From contig NZ_CP026606.1 of the NCBI RefSeq assembly GCF_002945325.1, forward strand, positions 1,200,001-1,232,000: a stretch of DNA of 32,000 nt. The letters run 5' to 3'. Both the position numbers and the translations under genes were made by a program. This DNA comes from Methanococcus maripaludis. Lineage in GTDB: Archaea; AGJL01; Methanococci; Methanococcales; Methanococcaceae. A model generated the notes under the pieces. It was not told where the DNA came from. It did no database searches and saw only the letters and a list, made by a program, of their open reading frames with translations. Of the stretch, positions 1-9,012 are shown one piece after another; within the stretch, counting starts at the first letter, position 1; every line of letters starts with the position of its first letter.

Positions 1-315
1 AAAAATAATACAACAAGATTTTTTTTAATCTGCAATAAAAAAAAGGATTTTAAAACTGATTTAAAACCAAATAAGGTATCCCTTGTAATTGAAATAAATA
101 AAAACATGCCTGGAGCATTTTATGAAGTTTTGGGCGTATTTAAATATCGAAATGTTAATTTAACAAGAATTGAATCAAGACCTTCTAAAAAAGAAATTGG
201 AAATTATGTATTTTACATAGATTACGAATATTATGATGACAATTCTGCGCTACTTAGAGATCTTCGGTTTTGGGCATTAAATGTAATCGAACTTGGAAAT
301 TATTTTGTGGTATAA
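1..315 (+). CDS. pheA: Prephenate dehydratase, C-terminal part including the ACT regulatory domain; 5' end lies outside the window
   Basis: Frame 1 is open from base 1 (KNNTTRFFLICNKKKDF...) into the listed 106..315 ORF. TRFFLI and NMPGAFYEVLGVFKYRNVNLTRIESRP...YVFYIDYE resemble the end of the PDT domain plus the ACT domain of prephenate dehydratases. Stop TAA at 313..315. Confidence 0.75.
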   Translation, partial: KNNTTRFFLICNKKKDFKTDLKPNKVSLVIEINKNMPGAFYEVLGVFKYRNVNLTRIESRPSKKEIGNYVFYIDYEYYDDNSALLRDLRFWALNVIELGNYFVV

Positions 316-425
316 CAACAGAATATGGCGAAAGAAATTAATTTATCCATTTACATATTTTAAAATGCATTACTATTTATATGAAAACCGCTTACTTACT
401 AAAAATCACTTATTCGGGTGTTAAA

Positions 426-1676
426 ATGGAAAGTTACATTCAAAACTTGTTTGCTGAAAGAATTGGCGGCAAAAGCTTTGGAAAAGAAGATGTAATCTAC
501 AAATTCGAAAAAATTAAAAGAGCAAAACAGGCTGCGAAATTAAAGTATCCCGACATGGAATTAATCGACATGGGTGTTGGAGAACCTGATGAAATGGCTG
601 ACGAGTCCGTAGTTGAAGTTTTATGCGAAGAAGCAAAAAAACACGAAAATAGAGGATATTCTGACAACGGTGTTCAGGCATTAAAAGACGAAATCCCAAT
701 TTACATGGAAAAAATCTTTGGGGTTAAAGATTTAGATCCTGTAAACGAAGTAGTTCACTCAATCGGATCAAAACCTGCTTTAGCATACATTACATCAGTG
801 TTTATCAATCCTGGCGATGTAACCTTAATGACAGTTCCAGGATACCCTGTTACTGCAACACACACCAAATGGTACGGCGGAAGTGTAGAAACCTTACCAT
901 TGTTGGAAAAAAATAACTTCTTGCCAGAACTCGACGCAATTTCAAAAGAAGTTAAGGAAAAAGCAAAAATTCTTTACTTAAACTACCCAAACAATCCAAC
1001 TGGTGCTCAGGCTACCAAAAAATTCTACAAGGAAGCAGTAGATTTTGCATTTGAAAACGATTTAATAGTTATTCAAGATGCGGCATACTCTGCATTAACT
1101 TACGGCGACAAACCGCTTTCATTCCTCTCATTAAAAGATGCAAAAGAAGTTGGTGTTGAAATTCACAGCTTTTCAAAAGCGTACAACATGACTGGATGGA
1201 GACTTGCATTTGTTGCAGGAAACGAACTCATTGTAAGGGGCTTTGCAGCAGTTAAAGATAATTACGATAGCGGACAGTTCATTCCAATTCAAAAAGCAGG
1301 AATTCACTGTTTAAGACACCCTGAAATCACTGAAAAAACAAGGGCAAAATACGAAAGAAGACTTTCAAAAATGGTTAAAATCTTAAAAGAAGCAGGATTC
1401 AACGCAAAAATGCCTGGAGGAACATTCTACCTCTACGTGAAAGCACCAATCGGAACAAAAGACGGCGCTAAATTTGCAAACGCTGAAGAGTTCTCACAAT
1501 TCATGATAAAAGAAAAACTTATTTCAACCGTGCCATGGGACGATGCAGGAAACTTCGTAAGAATGGCAGCATGCTTTGAAGCATTCAAAGACGGCGAAAT
1601 TTCAATCGAAGAAGAAGACAGAATCTTAAACGAAGTTAAAAGAAGATTAACTGAAGTAGAATTTGTTTTTGAATAA
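426..1676 (+). CDS. dapL: Class I PLP-dependent aminotransferase, most likely LL-diaminopimelate aminotransferase (DapL type)
   Basis: Fold-type I aminotransferase motifs are NYPNNPTG and SFSKAYNMTGWRLAFVAGN (PLP lysine in SFSK). Length and N-terminus (MESYIQNLFAERIGG...) fit methanococcal DapL as I remember it. I prefer ATG 426 over ORF-track ATG 381 because GGGTG lies about 8 nt upstream of 426. The fold is certain; the DapL specificity is an inference. Confidence 0.7.
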   Translation: MESYIQNLFAERIGGKSFGKEDVIYKFEKIKRAKQAAKLKYPDMELIDMGVGEPDEMADESVVEVLCEEAKKHENRGYSDNGVQALKDEIPIYMEKIFGVKDLDPVNEVVHSIGSKPALAYITSVFINPGDVTLMTVPGYPVTATHTKWYGGSVETLPLLEKNNFLPELDAISKEVKEKAKILYLNYPNNPTGAQATKKFYKEAVDFAFENDLIVIQDAAYSALTYGDKPLSFLSLKDAKEVGVEIHSFSKAYNMTGWRLAFVAGNELIVRGFAAVKDNYDSGQFIPIQKAGIHCLRHPEITEKTRAKYERRLSKMVKILKEAGFNAKMPGGTFYLYVKAPIGTKDGAKFANAEEFSQFMIKEKLISTVPWDDAGNFVRMAACFEAFKDGEISIEEEDRILNEVKRRLTEVEFVFE

Positions 1677-1718
1677 ACTTTAAACTTTTTTTAAATTTTT
1701 AATTTAATCCAAATTAAT

Positions 1719-2411
1719 TTAATTTTTATTTTTTTCAAGTTTTAAAAGTGCATTTTTGGCAGCTTTCATTTCAGCTTCCTTTTTACTTTTTCCAATTCCC
1801 TTTCCAAGTATATTTCGGTCCGATTTCACTGTTACAACAAATTTTTTATCGTGGGCCTCTCCAGTTTCTTCTAAATTTACATATTTGATAGTTTTATTGG
1901 ATAATCCTGGAATTTCCTGCAATTTAGTTTTATAATCAATAAAAAATTCTTTTGAACTTTTTTCAATAATTGGAATTATGTGATTATATACAAACTTTTT
2001 AACTGAATCTAAACCCTGATCTAAATATATCGCGGCGATAAATGCTTCAAAAACGTCTGAAACAATTGCTGGTTTATTGTATCCTTCAGAATTTAATTCC
2101 CCTTTTCCTAAAAGTATATAATTGTTAAATTTAAGTTTTTTAGCGTAAGTAAAAAGTGCACTTTCACAGACGTATTTTGCCCGCAATTTTGACATTTCCC
2201 CTTCGGATAAATTTTCTTTTTTAAACAAGTATTCACTAATTATTAAGTCCAAAACAGCATCCCCTAAATATTCCAATCGTTCATTATTTTCTAAATTAGT
2301 ATTTTTCTGTTCATTTATGTATGAAGAATGCATAAATGCTCGTTTAAATATATTTAAGTCATTAAATTGTATATCAAGTTTCGAAAGCAGTTTTTCAAAA
2401 TTTTTCATCAA
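1719..2411 (-). CDS. rnc: Ribonuclease III, bacterial class 1 type (RNase III domain plus dsRBD)
   Basis: RNase III signature NERLEYLGDAVLDLIISEYLF, second catalytic block SDVFEAFIAAIYLD, and a C-terminal double-stranded RNA binding domain (DYKTKLQEI..., GKGIGKSKKEAEMKAAKNALLKL). Confidence 0.9.
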   Translation of the reverse strand: MMKNFEKLLSKLDIQFNDLNIFKRAFMHSSYINEQKNTNLENNERLEYLGDAVLDLIISEYLFKKENLSEGEMSKLRAKYVCESALFTYAKKLKFNNYILLGKGELNSEGYNKPAIVSDVFEAFIAAIYLDQGLDSVKKFVYNHIIPIIEKSSKEFFIDYKTKLQEIPGLSNKTIKYVNLEETGEAHDKKFVVTVKSDRNILGKGIGKSKKEAEMKAAKNALLKLEKNKN

Positions 2412-2459
2412 ACCCCCTGCAAAAATAAATTAAAAAAATAGTTAATTATTAGTTTTTAG

Positions 2460-3743
2460 TTAAACAAGGATTTTTCCGTTGAATAAAAGTGGTGGTGAAA
2501 TTAATTTTCCTCTTTGTTCAACTCTATCAAGGGGAACTGCAGTTTTTAAGATTTCAAAGATATTTCCAGAAAGAAGTCCTTTTTTGACAGGTGTTTTTTC
2601 GCCTTTTTTCATGATGTAGCTGTTGCTGATTTCAACTGAAAAGTCCCCTGTAATCGGGTTTGCAGTATGCGTTCCAATTAGTGTGTTGATGTAGAGATAT
2701 TCATCAATGTTTTCCTGTTTTTCAACAGGCTCAATTACGATATTTGTCGGCCCAACTGAAGGAAGGCTTGAATATCCTCTGCTCGCATTTCCAGTAGACT
2801 CTTTTCCTTCAATATTTGCTCTTTTGATATCATACAGGTAGTTTTTCAAAACACCGTTTTCAATAAGTGTTGTTTTTTGAGTTTTGGTTCCTTCACCATC
2901 TACAACTGCAGAATAAAGCGAATAATCTCTTGTTCCATCGTCTTCAATTGTGATGTTTTCTCCAAATACGTCACATTCCAGTTTATCTTTTAAAACTGAT
3001 CTGTTTCTTTGAACGTTTTCAGCGTTAAATGCGGGAATAAGTGTGTAGCTTAAAAGTGAGTTCAAGGCTCTTTGATCTAACACGATATTTCCTTCAAATT
3101 CCGTTTTTATTGCATTTGGATTTTTCAAAAATTCTACAACATTTTCTGCAAGTTCTTTAACATCAAAAATATTGTTTTTTGTTAAATAGTCGTATGCAGT
3201 TTCCCCGTTATTAATTCCCGCAATTGATGCAGAGTAATATGTATTTTCTTCTTCAACATCAACTCCGTTTGAGTTTATAATCCTTGAATAGCCGTAAGAA
3301 TTTGAAACTCCACCGCTTACTGTTGTAATTTTATTTTCTTTTAAAATATCTTTCATTTCAAAGAGTGCATCGATTAACTCTTTTTCAGTCAGTTTTTTGA
3401 CGTCATCATAAAACATTCCTTTTGGATGAGCGTATTTTTCAGGGTTTGAAAAACATGTATCGGAATCGTAAATCAGGTTTTCCATTGCTTTATTTACTAC
3501 ATCAATGTCATTTTTAGAAGAATATGCAAATCCAACTTTTTTATCTTTAATAACTCTTACTCCAATTCCGAAATCATCAGATTCTTCAATACTATCTAAA
3601 TTTTCCCCATCAAGTTCTGAACTGAAGTGTTTTCCTTTTGAAATAAACACTTCGGCTTCAAAACCTTTTTTTTCTGAAATTTCCATAATTCTGTCGATTA
3701 AATACTGTAAATCTGTTTCCATGATTAGCACCATTCTTTCCAT
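2460..3743 (-). CDS. TldD/PmbA family protein (putative metalloprotease/modulator)
   Basis: 427 aa. N-terminal GFEAEVFISKGKHFSSELDGENLDSIEESDDFGIGVRVIKDKKVGFAYS and C-terminal LIGTHTANPITGDFSVEISNSYIMKKGE are typical of PmbA/TldD. Several in-frame Met codons sit near the 5' end, so the exact start is uncertain. Confidence 0.8.
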   Translation of the reverse strand: MERMVLIMETDLQYLIDRIMEISEKKGFEAEVFISKGKHFSSELDGENLDSIEESDDFGIGVRVIKDKKVGFAYSSKNDIDVVNKAMENLIYDSDTCFSNPEKYAHPKGMFYDDVKKLTEKELIDALFEMKDILKENKITTVSGGVSNSYGYSRIINSNGVDVEEENTYYSASIAGINNGETAYDYLTKNNIFDVKELAENVVEFLKNPNAIKTEFEGNIVLDQRALNSLLSYTLIPAFNAENVQRNRSVLKDKLECDVFGENITIEDDGTRDYSLYSAVVDGEGTKTQKTTLIENGVLKNYLYDIKRANIEGKESTGNASRGYSSLPSVGPTNIVIEPVEKQENIDEYLYINTLIGTHTANPITGDFSVEISNSYIMKKGEKTPVKKGLLSGNIFEILKTAVPLDRVEQRGKLISPPLLFNGKILV

Positions 3744-3829
3744 ATACTCGTTTTTTATAGTTCATAAATATTTAAATAATATTGTTTTTTAATAATTGAT
3801 GTTATGAACTCTATTTTTGGAGGGAAAGG

Positions 3830-4675
3830 ATGAATATCAACTATAAAGTGTTAACAATTATCCCAATAATTTTAGCACTACTATCTTTGACCCTTGTATC
3901 AGTAAACGGGCTCAAAGAAAGCATTGACGTAAGTGGGGGAACTGAAATAAGTATCCTTGCACCAGCGAACACGGATTTAAGTGTTTTGAAAGAACAACTA
4001 CCCGATTCAGAAGTCAAAATATCAGAGTCTTCAATCGGAACATTTGTAGTAATTAAATCTGGCCTTGAAACTGATGTAGATTCAGTAAGGGCTGTAGTAA
4101 AAGGGTTTTTTAATGTCCAAGACCTTTCAGAATTAAGCTACACTGAAAAACAAATTGGTTCAGTTTTAAGTAGTAAATTCTGGGAAGAAGGAATGAAAGC
4201 AGTAGGATTTGCGTTTATATTTATGGCAATTGTTGTTTACGCGATATTTAGAACACCTGTTCCAAGTGCGGCAGTTATTCTTGCAGCTGCATCAGACATG
4301 GCAATTGCACTAGGGGGAATGAGTTTATTCAATATTCCAATATCGACTGCAACAATTGCGGCACTTTTGATGCTTGTTGGATACAGTGTTGACACAGACA
4401 TCATGCTTACAACAAGGGTATTGAAAAGAAGATCAGGAACTCTTGATGAAAGAATTGCTGGAGCAATGAAAACAGGAATAACAATGTCTTTAACGACAAT
4501 TTTTGCAATGGCAGTACTCTACCTTGTAGTTACATTCGTAGTTCCTGCAGCAGATGTACTTGCAAATATCGCAGCAGTACTTCTTATCGGATTAATTGGT
4601 GACTTAATGCTTACCTGGATGACAAATGCAGGAATTTTAAAGTACTACGTTAGCGAATACAAAAAAGGGAAGTAA
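3830..4675 (+). CDS. secF: Protein-export membrane protein SecF
   Basis: 281 aa with a small extracytoplasmic loop followed by a six-helix bundle. GYSVDTDIMLTTRVLKR corresponds to the conserved SecF TM4 region. GGAGG sits 7 nt upstream. The secF-then-secD order is typical of Archaea. Confidence 0.85.
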   Translation: MNINYKVLTIIPIILALLSLTLVSVNGLKESIDVSGGTEISILAPANTDLSVLKEQLPDSEVKISESSIGTFVVIKSGLETDVDSVRAVVKGFFNVQDLSELSYTEKQIGSVLSSKFWEEGMKAVGFAFIFMAIVVYAIFRTPVPSAAVILAAASDMAIALGGMSLFNIPISTATIAALLMLVGYSVDTDIMLTTRVLKRRSGTLDERIAGAMKTGITMSLTTIFAMAVLYLVVTFVVPAADVLANIAAVLLIGLIGDLMLTWMTNAGILKYYVSEYKKGK

Positions 4676-4692
4676 CTTAACGAGGAGATAGA

Positions 4693-5859
4693 ATGAAATT
4701 GCTAAAAGATCATAAAGTAGTAATTCTTTTAGTATGTGTTTTGGCCTCCTTGCTTCTTATCGCATTTAAAGGAATTTCCTTTGGTGTAGATTTAAGTGGT
4801 GGTTCTACAATAGTCTTACAGACTGAAAGTGAGCTTTCAGAATCTGAAATGACAACTGTAAATGAAATATTAACAAGCAGGCTCAATACAAACGGTCTTA
4901 GTGACGTCAGGATTTACCCAAGGGGTAGTGATGAGATAGTTATTGAGATACCGGAAAGTGCAGATTTAGAACGGATACAAAAGATTTTAACACAACAAGG
5001 GGTATTTACTGCGGTAATTGATAATCAAACAGCATATACTGGACAGGATGTATCATATGTTGAAGAACCTGGAATGACCGCTTCAGGTTACGGGGTAGGA
5101 TTTAAATTAACTCTTGACGGGGCACAAAAATTTGCAGATGTAGCTTATGGAAAAGGCGGATATCCTGTAGAACTCTACATGGATGAAAAAGCAATAAGTG
5201 CTCCACTACTTTCAGCAGATCTTGCTGATGGAAATATACACCAAAATCAGGTAATCACGGTTGCAGGATCTAACCCAACTGAAGAGGATATTGACGAAGC
5301 TTGGGTTATTTATACTGCTTTAAAATCAGGTTCACTTCCTGTAAAAGTACATATCGAATATATCAGTTCTGTTTCACCGACACTCGGTTCAGAATTTATA
5401 AAAGGATCAGTAATTGCAGGAATATTTGCATTTATTGCTGTTGCAGCAGTTATTTCATTTAGGTACAAAAATCCAAAAATAGTTCTTCCAATTTTAATAA
5501 CTGGATTTTCAGAAGTTCTGTTAATTTTGGGTTTTGCATCACTCATTAACTGGAAACTTGACCTCGCATCAATTGCAGGTATTATTGCAGCAGTAGGAAC
5601 TGGTGTGGACCACCAGATAGTTATCACCGATGAAACGATTTCTGGTGAAGCTAAAAAAGTAACCAAAAGCATTAAAAGGGCATTCTTCATTATATTTGGT
5701 GCAGCGGCTACAACAATTGCAGCAATGCTTCCACTGTTTGTGATGGGTATTGGAATGCTTAAGGGATTTGCTATAACTACAATTGCAGGTGTTTTAATGG
5801 GAATTTCAATTTCAAGGCCTGCATTTTCAAGGATCATACAATATGTATTAAAACATTAA
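4693..5859 (+). CDS. secD: Protein-export membrane protein SecD
   Basis: 388 aa: N-terminal TM helix, a large loop of about 200 aa (GVDLSGGSTIVLQ...), then a C-terminal TM bundle with GTGVDHQIVITDE. It starts 17 nt after secF with a GAGGAG RBS, so it is probably co-transcribed. Confidence 0.85.
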   Translation: MKLLKDHKVVILLVCVLASLLLIAFKGISFGVDLSGGSTIVLQTESELSESEMTTVNEILTSRLNTNGLSDVRIYPRGSDEIVIEIPESADLERIQKILTQQGVFTAVIDNQTAYTGQDVSYVEEPGMTASGYGVGFKLTLDGAQKFADVAYGKGGYPVELYMDEKAISAPLLSADLADGNIHQNQVITVAGSNPTEEDIDEAWVIYTALKSGSLPVKVHIEYISSVSPTLGSEFIKGSVIAGIFAFIAVAAVISFRYKNPKIVLPILITGFSEVLLILGFASLINWKLDLASIAGIIAAVGTGVDHQIVITDETISGEAKKVTKSIKRAFFIIFGAAATTIAAMLPLFVMGIGMLKGFAITTIAGVLMGISISRPAFSRIIQYVLKH

Positions 5860-5910
5860 GTAACACTAATTAAATAAAATAATTTACCTACTTTATTTTT
5901 TGGGGATCAA

Positions 5911-6933
5911 ATGGACAGAAAACAGCACCGGCTTTTAAGAAACATTGTTGTATATGGACTTGGTATCTCCATAATTTCATTTATAATTTACAAAATAGGC
6001 ATTTTTGAAGTCTGTGCAGTTTTAGCATCGGCAAATGTTGGAATCTACTTATTCGCTGTTTTTATTTATTTAGTAACTCTTTATGTTCTTTCAATGCGGT
6101 GGAACTACCTTTTAAAATTAAATGGGTACAGTGCAGGCTCTAAAAACCTTCTTCTTCTAATTACGATGGGCCAATTCATAAACAACGTAACTCCTTCGAT
6201 GAAAGGGGGTAGTGAGCCATTTAGGGCATATTATTTATCAAAATTAGAGCAGATACCATATCACGTTTCATTTTCTGCAGTAATAATTGAAAGGATACTT
6301 GATAGTGTTATATTTTTAATTTTCAGCTTTTTTGTAATAATATATTTTGCTTTAAAAGGCGTAGTTTACACAGAAGCATTCGCTATTGCATGGTTTTTGG
6401 TAATGGCCTTAACAATTTCTATAGTGTATATTGCAATGCACAAAAAATGGGCTTTTAAGATAACACTCCAGATTGCAAAGATTGTTACTAAATTTTCCTC
6501 TAAAACATTAAATGAGCAGAAAATAAAAGATACAATAAACAAGTTCCAAAAAACAATGATATTTTTCAAGGGAAATAGAAGGGGAATGATTACAGCACTT
6601 TTAATTTCATCAGCATGGTGGCTATTAGATATATTTAGAATTTATGTATTGTTTATTGCTATAAGCACAAATGTAGCATTCATATCCGTTGCATCGACGT
6701 ACCTTGTAGCACTTCTTGTTGGAATTTTACCAACACTTCCTGGAGGTCTTGGAACGAGTGATACTGCAATGATTGCAATGTATTCATTCTTTAACATACC
6801 TTATTCAAATGCGGCAGCAGGAACCCTTCTTGATAGGTCAATATCCTATATCGGGGTTACAATTATTGGATCGATAGCCTTTAAAATAATAAAAAAGAAG
6901 TCTAAAGAAAACAGTTACGAAGTTGAAAGTTAG
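5911..6933 (+). CDS. Polytopic membrane protein, flippase-like (UPF0104 / lysyl-phosphatidylglycerol synthase TM-region family)
   Basis: 340 aa, about 8 predicted TM helices. Features match my recollection of the UPF0104 family: RWNYLLK early loop, FINNVTPSMKGGSEPFRAYYL, and LPTLPGGLGTSD near the C-terminus. This is a family assignment only. Confidence 0.65.
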   Translation: MDRKQHRLLRNIVVYGLGISIISFIIYKIGIFEVCAVLASANVGIYLFAVFIYLVTLYVLSMRWNYLLKLNGYSAGSKNLLLLITMGQFINNVTPSMKGGSEPFRAYYLSKLEQIPYHVSFSAVIIERILDSVIFLIFSFFVIIYFALKGVVYTEAFAIAWFLVMALTISIVYIAMHKKWAFKITLQIAKIVTKFSSKTLNEQKIKDTINKFQKTMIFFKGNRRGMITALLISSAWWLLDIFRIYVLFIAISTNVAFISVASTYLVALLVGILPTLPGGLGTSDTAMIAMYSFFNIPYSNAAAGTLLDRSISYIGVTIIGSIAFKIIKKKSKENSYEVES

Positions 6934-6942
6934 GTGGATACT

Positions 6943-7362
6943 ATGAATAATTTAAATGTAGTTATGGGCAGGATTGTAAAATCAATGGACGCATTTAGGG
7001 GTTCAAAACCAGTAATTAATAAAGAAGGCATTCTTTCAGTAAGAAGCGTTTGTAGGGATCCCGAATTTGAAAAATATAATTCTATAAAAGAATATTTAAC
7101 CGAAAAACTCGTTCAAAACGGGTTTGAGTTAGCAAATGAAGACGATATTTTGGATATGGTTGCAAAAATAAATAATTTAATTGGGGATTCTGAAACTTAC
7201 GGCGATGAATTCGCATTTGAGGGCGTAAAAAGTGGTTTTGAGGACATCGGGTGCGATTGCGATTATTCCATTGGAAAAAAGGGCGGTGTTTATATCGGAA
7301 TTAGCATGTGGTATGAAAAAGTTTCAAAAGATCCAAAATTTGTCGAAGTAATGGCAATTTAA
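6943..7362 (+). CDS. Hypothetical soluble protein, about 139 aa
   Basis: The ORF has methanococcal codon usage. AGGTGG (6932..6937) overlaps the TAG stop of the upstream gene and lies 5 nt before ATG 6943, so I prefer 6943 to the GTG at 6934. I recognise no motif. Confidence 0.55.
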   Translation: MNNLNVVMGRIVKSMDAFRGSKPVINKEGILSVRSVCRDPEFEKYNSIKEYLTEKLVQNGFELANEDDILDMVAKINNLIGDSETYGDEFAFEGVKSGFEDIGCDCDYSIGKKGGVYIGISMWYEKVSKDPKFVEVMAI

Positions 7363-7388
7363 AAAAGAAAAATCAATTTTTTATATAA

Positions 7389-8063
7389 TTATTTTTGGGC
7401 TTTTACTTCTTCAATTGTTTTTTTAATGAATTCAACAACATCTGAAACGCCGTTGTCGTGTTTTATGGCAGTTAATAGAACTTCCATATCTTTGTTAATT
7501 TTTTTTGCATCATTTAACATTTTTTGCGGATCAGCACCAACAGCTTCTGAAATATCTATTTTGTTAATTATGGTCAAATTAGCTGTTTTGAAGATTTCAG
7601 GGTGTTTTTCAACGGTGTCATCTCCTTCAGTGACACTCACAACAACAGTTCTTTTGTGCGTTCCCAAATCAAAGTCTGTTGGACATATAAGATTTCCAAC
7701 GTTTTCAATAAAAATAATATCTAAATTATCAAGGTCTAAGTCATGGAAACAGTGTCCAATCTGATGAGCATCGAGGTGGCATTCTTTACCAGTATTTAAT
7801 GGAATAACTTTAACGCCGTGCTTTTCCATTCTTCCAGCATCGTATTTTGCGATTACATCGCCTGCAATACATGCAATTTTGTACTCGTCTTTTAATTCAT
7901 TGATTAATTTTTCGATTAAAAGAGTTTTACCGCTTCCAATTGCACCCATAAAGTCAAATGCCACGATACCATGATCTTCTAATATTTTCCTGTTTTTATC
8001 TGCATTCTTATTATTTGCCTTAATTATGTCTTTTCCTATATTCAAAACATCAACAAAATGCAT
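7389..8063 (-). CDS. hypB: Hydrogenase nickel-incorporation GTPase HypB
   Basis: P-loop GAIGSGKTLLIEKL, metal/GTPase switch region ENVGNLICP, and NKIDI (NKxD) are the characteristic HypB/SIMIBI GTPase arrangement. There is no His-rich N-terminal tract. Confidence 0.9.
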   Translation of the reverse strand: MHFVDVLNIGKDIIKANNKNADKNRKILEDHGIVAFDFMGAIGSGKTLLIEKLINELKDEYKIACIAGDVIAKYDAGRMEKHGVKVIPLNTGKECHLDAHQIGHCFHDLDLDNLDIIFIENVGNLICPTDFDLGTHKRTVVVSVTEGDDTVEKHPEIFKTANLTIINKIDISEAVGADPQKMLNDAKKINKDMEVLLTAIKHDNGVSDVVEFIKKTIEEVKAQK

Positions 8064-8212
8064 GAATTATCACCTTAAAACTAGCCATAACTTAAAGAGT
8101 ATAGATAAGTTCAAATCTTATTTTATAAAAATATGTATTATTTGAAAAACGATTAAGCAGTTATAATTACCATTACATTAATATATTAATTCAAAACTAT
8201 TTACAATACAAT

Positions 8213-8998
8213 ATGGTTTGGTGTGATATTTTGAAGGCTGACAAAGGATTTAATCTGTTATTTTTGGTGATTTCACTATTTTTACTGTTATTTGTATTAC
8301 TTCCCCTGTTAAACATGATTTTAAATCCTGGAAATGTAGCGGGTGCAATTCACGATTCAGAAGTAATTAAATCGCTTCTTGTAAGTATCAAAGCAGCAAG
8401 TACTGCAACAGCATTGGCGATTTTTTTAGGGATACCTCTGTCTTATTTACTTGCAAGATACCATTTCACTGGAAAAAATGTAGTCGAAGCAATTATCGAC
8501 ATTCCTATGGCAATACCTCACTCTGTAATCGGTATTATGATTTTAGCATTCTTCTACGGAACTTCAATTGGAAGAGGAATTGAAAATATCGGTTTTGAGA
8601 TTGTTGACAATTTTTGGGGAATTGTTGTAGTAATGCTCTACGTTGGACTTCCTTACATGGTAAACAGCGGAAGAGATGGATTTTTAATGGTAAATGAGGA
8701 ACTTGAAAATGTTTCAAGAACTCTTGGTGCTTCAAAAATAAAGACGTTTTTTAATATTTCATTACCTCTTATTAAAAATAACCTGGTTTCCGGCAGTATT
8801 TTGACATTTGCAAGAGGAATTAGCGAAGTTGGAGCAATATTAATTGTAGCATATTTCCCAAAAACAACGCCGGTTTTGATATTGGATAGATTCAACGAAT
8901 ACGGGCTTAGTTCTTCAAAACCAATTTCTGTTATTATGATTGTACTGAGTATTGTTTTGTTTTCAGTATTTCGGCTTGTAAGATATAACAAGAAATAA
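8213..8998 (+). CDS. ABC transporter permease, molybdate/tungstate/sulfate (CysTW/ModB/WtpB-like) family
   Basis: 261 aa with six TM segments. The EAA-type loop EELENVSRTLGASKIKTFFNISLPLIKNNL is typical of oxyanion permeases. Confidence 0.8.
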   Translation: MVWCDILKADKGFNLLFLVISLFLLLFVLLPLLNMILNPGNVAGAIHDSEVIKSLLVSIKAASTATALAIFLGIPLSYLLARYHFTGKNVVEAIIDIPMAIPHSVIGIMILAFFYGTSIGRGIENIGFEIVDNFWGIVVVMLYVGLPYMVNSGRDGFLMVNEELENVSRTLGASKIKTFFNISLPLIKNNLVSGSILTFARGISEVGAILIVAYFPKTTPVLILDRFNEYGLSSSKPISVIMIVLSIVLFSVFRLVRYNKK

Positions 8999-9012
8999 TC
9001 GAGGTTATACCA

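Noticed and set aside
381-425. N-terminal extensions in the ORF track: 381 for the aminotransferase, TTG 11570 for ths, GTG 16115 for alr, TTG 21370 for porC, GTG 24809 for porF, GTG 27442 for the HTH gene, GTG 6934 for the hypothetical, and ATG 30779 for pheS
   Set aside because: In each case a downstream ATG is preceded at 5-8 nt by a GGTG/AGGTGA-type Shine-Dalgarno sequence that the longer ORF would have to translate through. The shorter N-termini also match the conserved family starts. These starts remain predictions.
5310-5837. 175-aa ORF antisense to secD, and similar long antisense ORFs (14850..15284 in ald, 22183..22545 in porA, 8653..8991 in the ABC permease, 28834..29199 in hcgB)
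   Set aside because: All are nested in well-supported genes on the other strand. They have no start context and give hydrophobic or low-complexity translations. They are typical shadow ORFs of an AT-rich genome.
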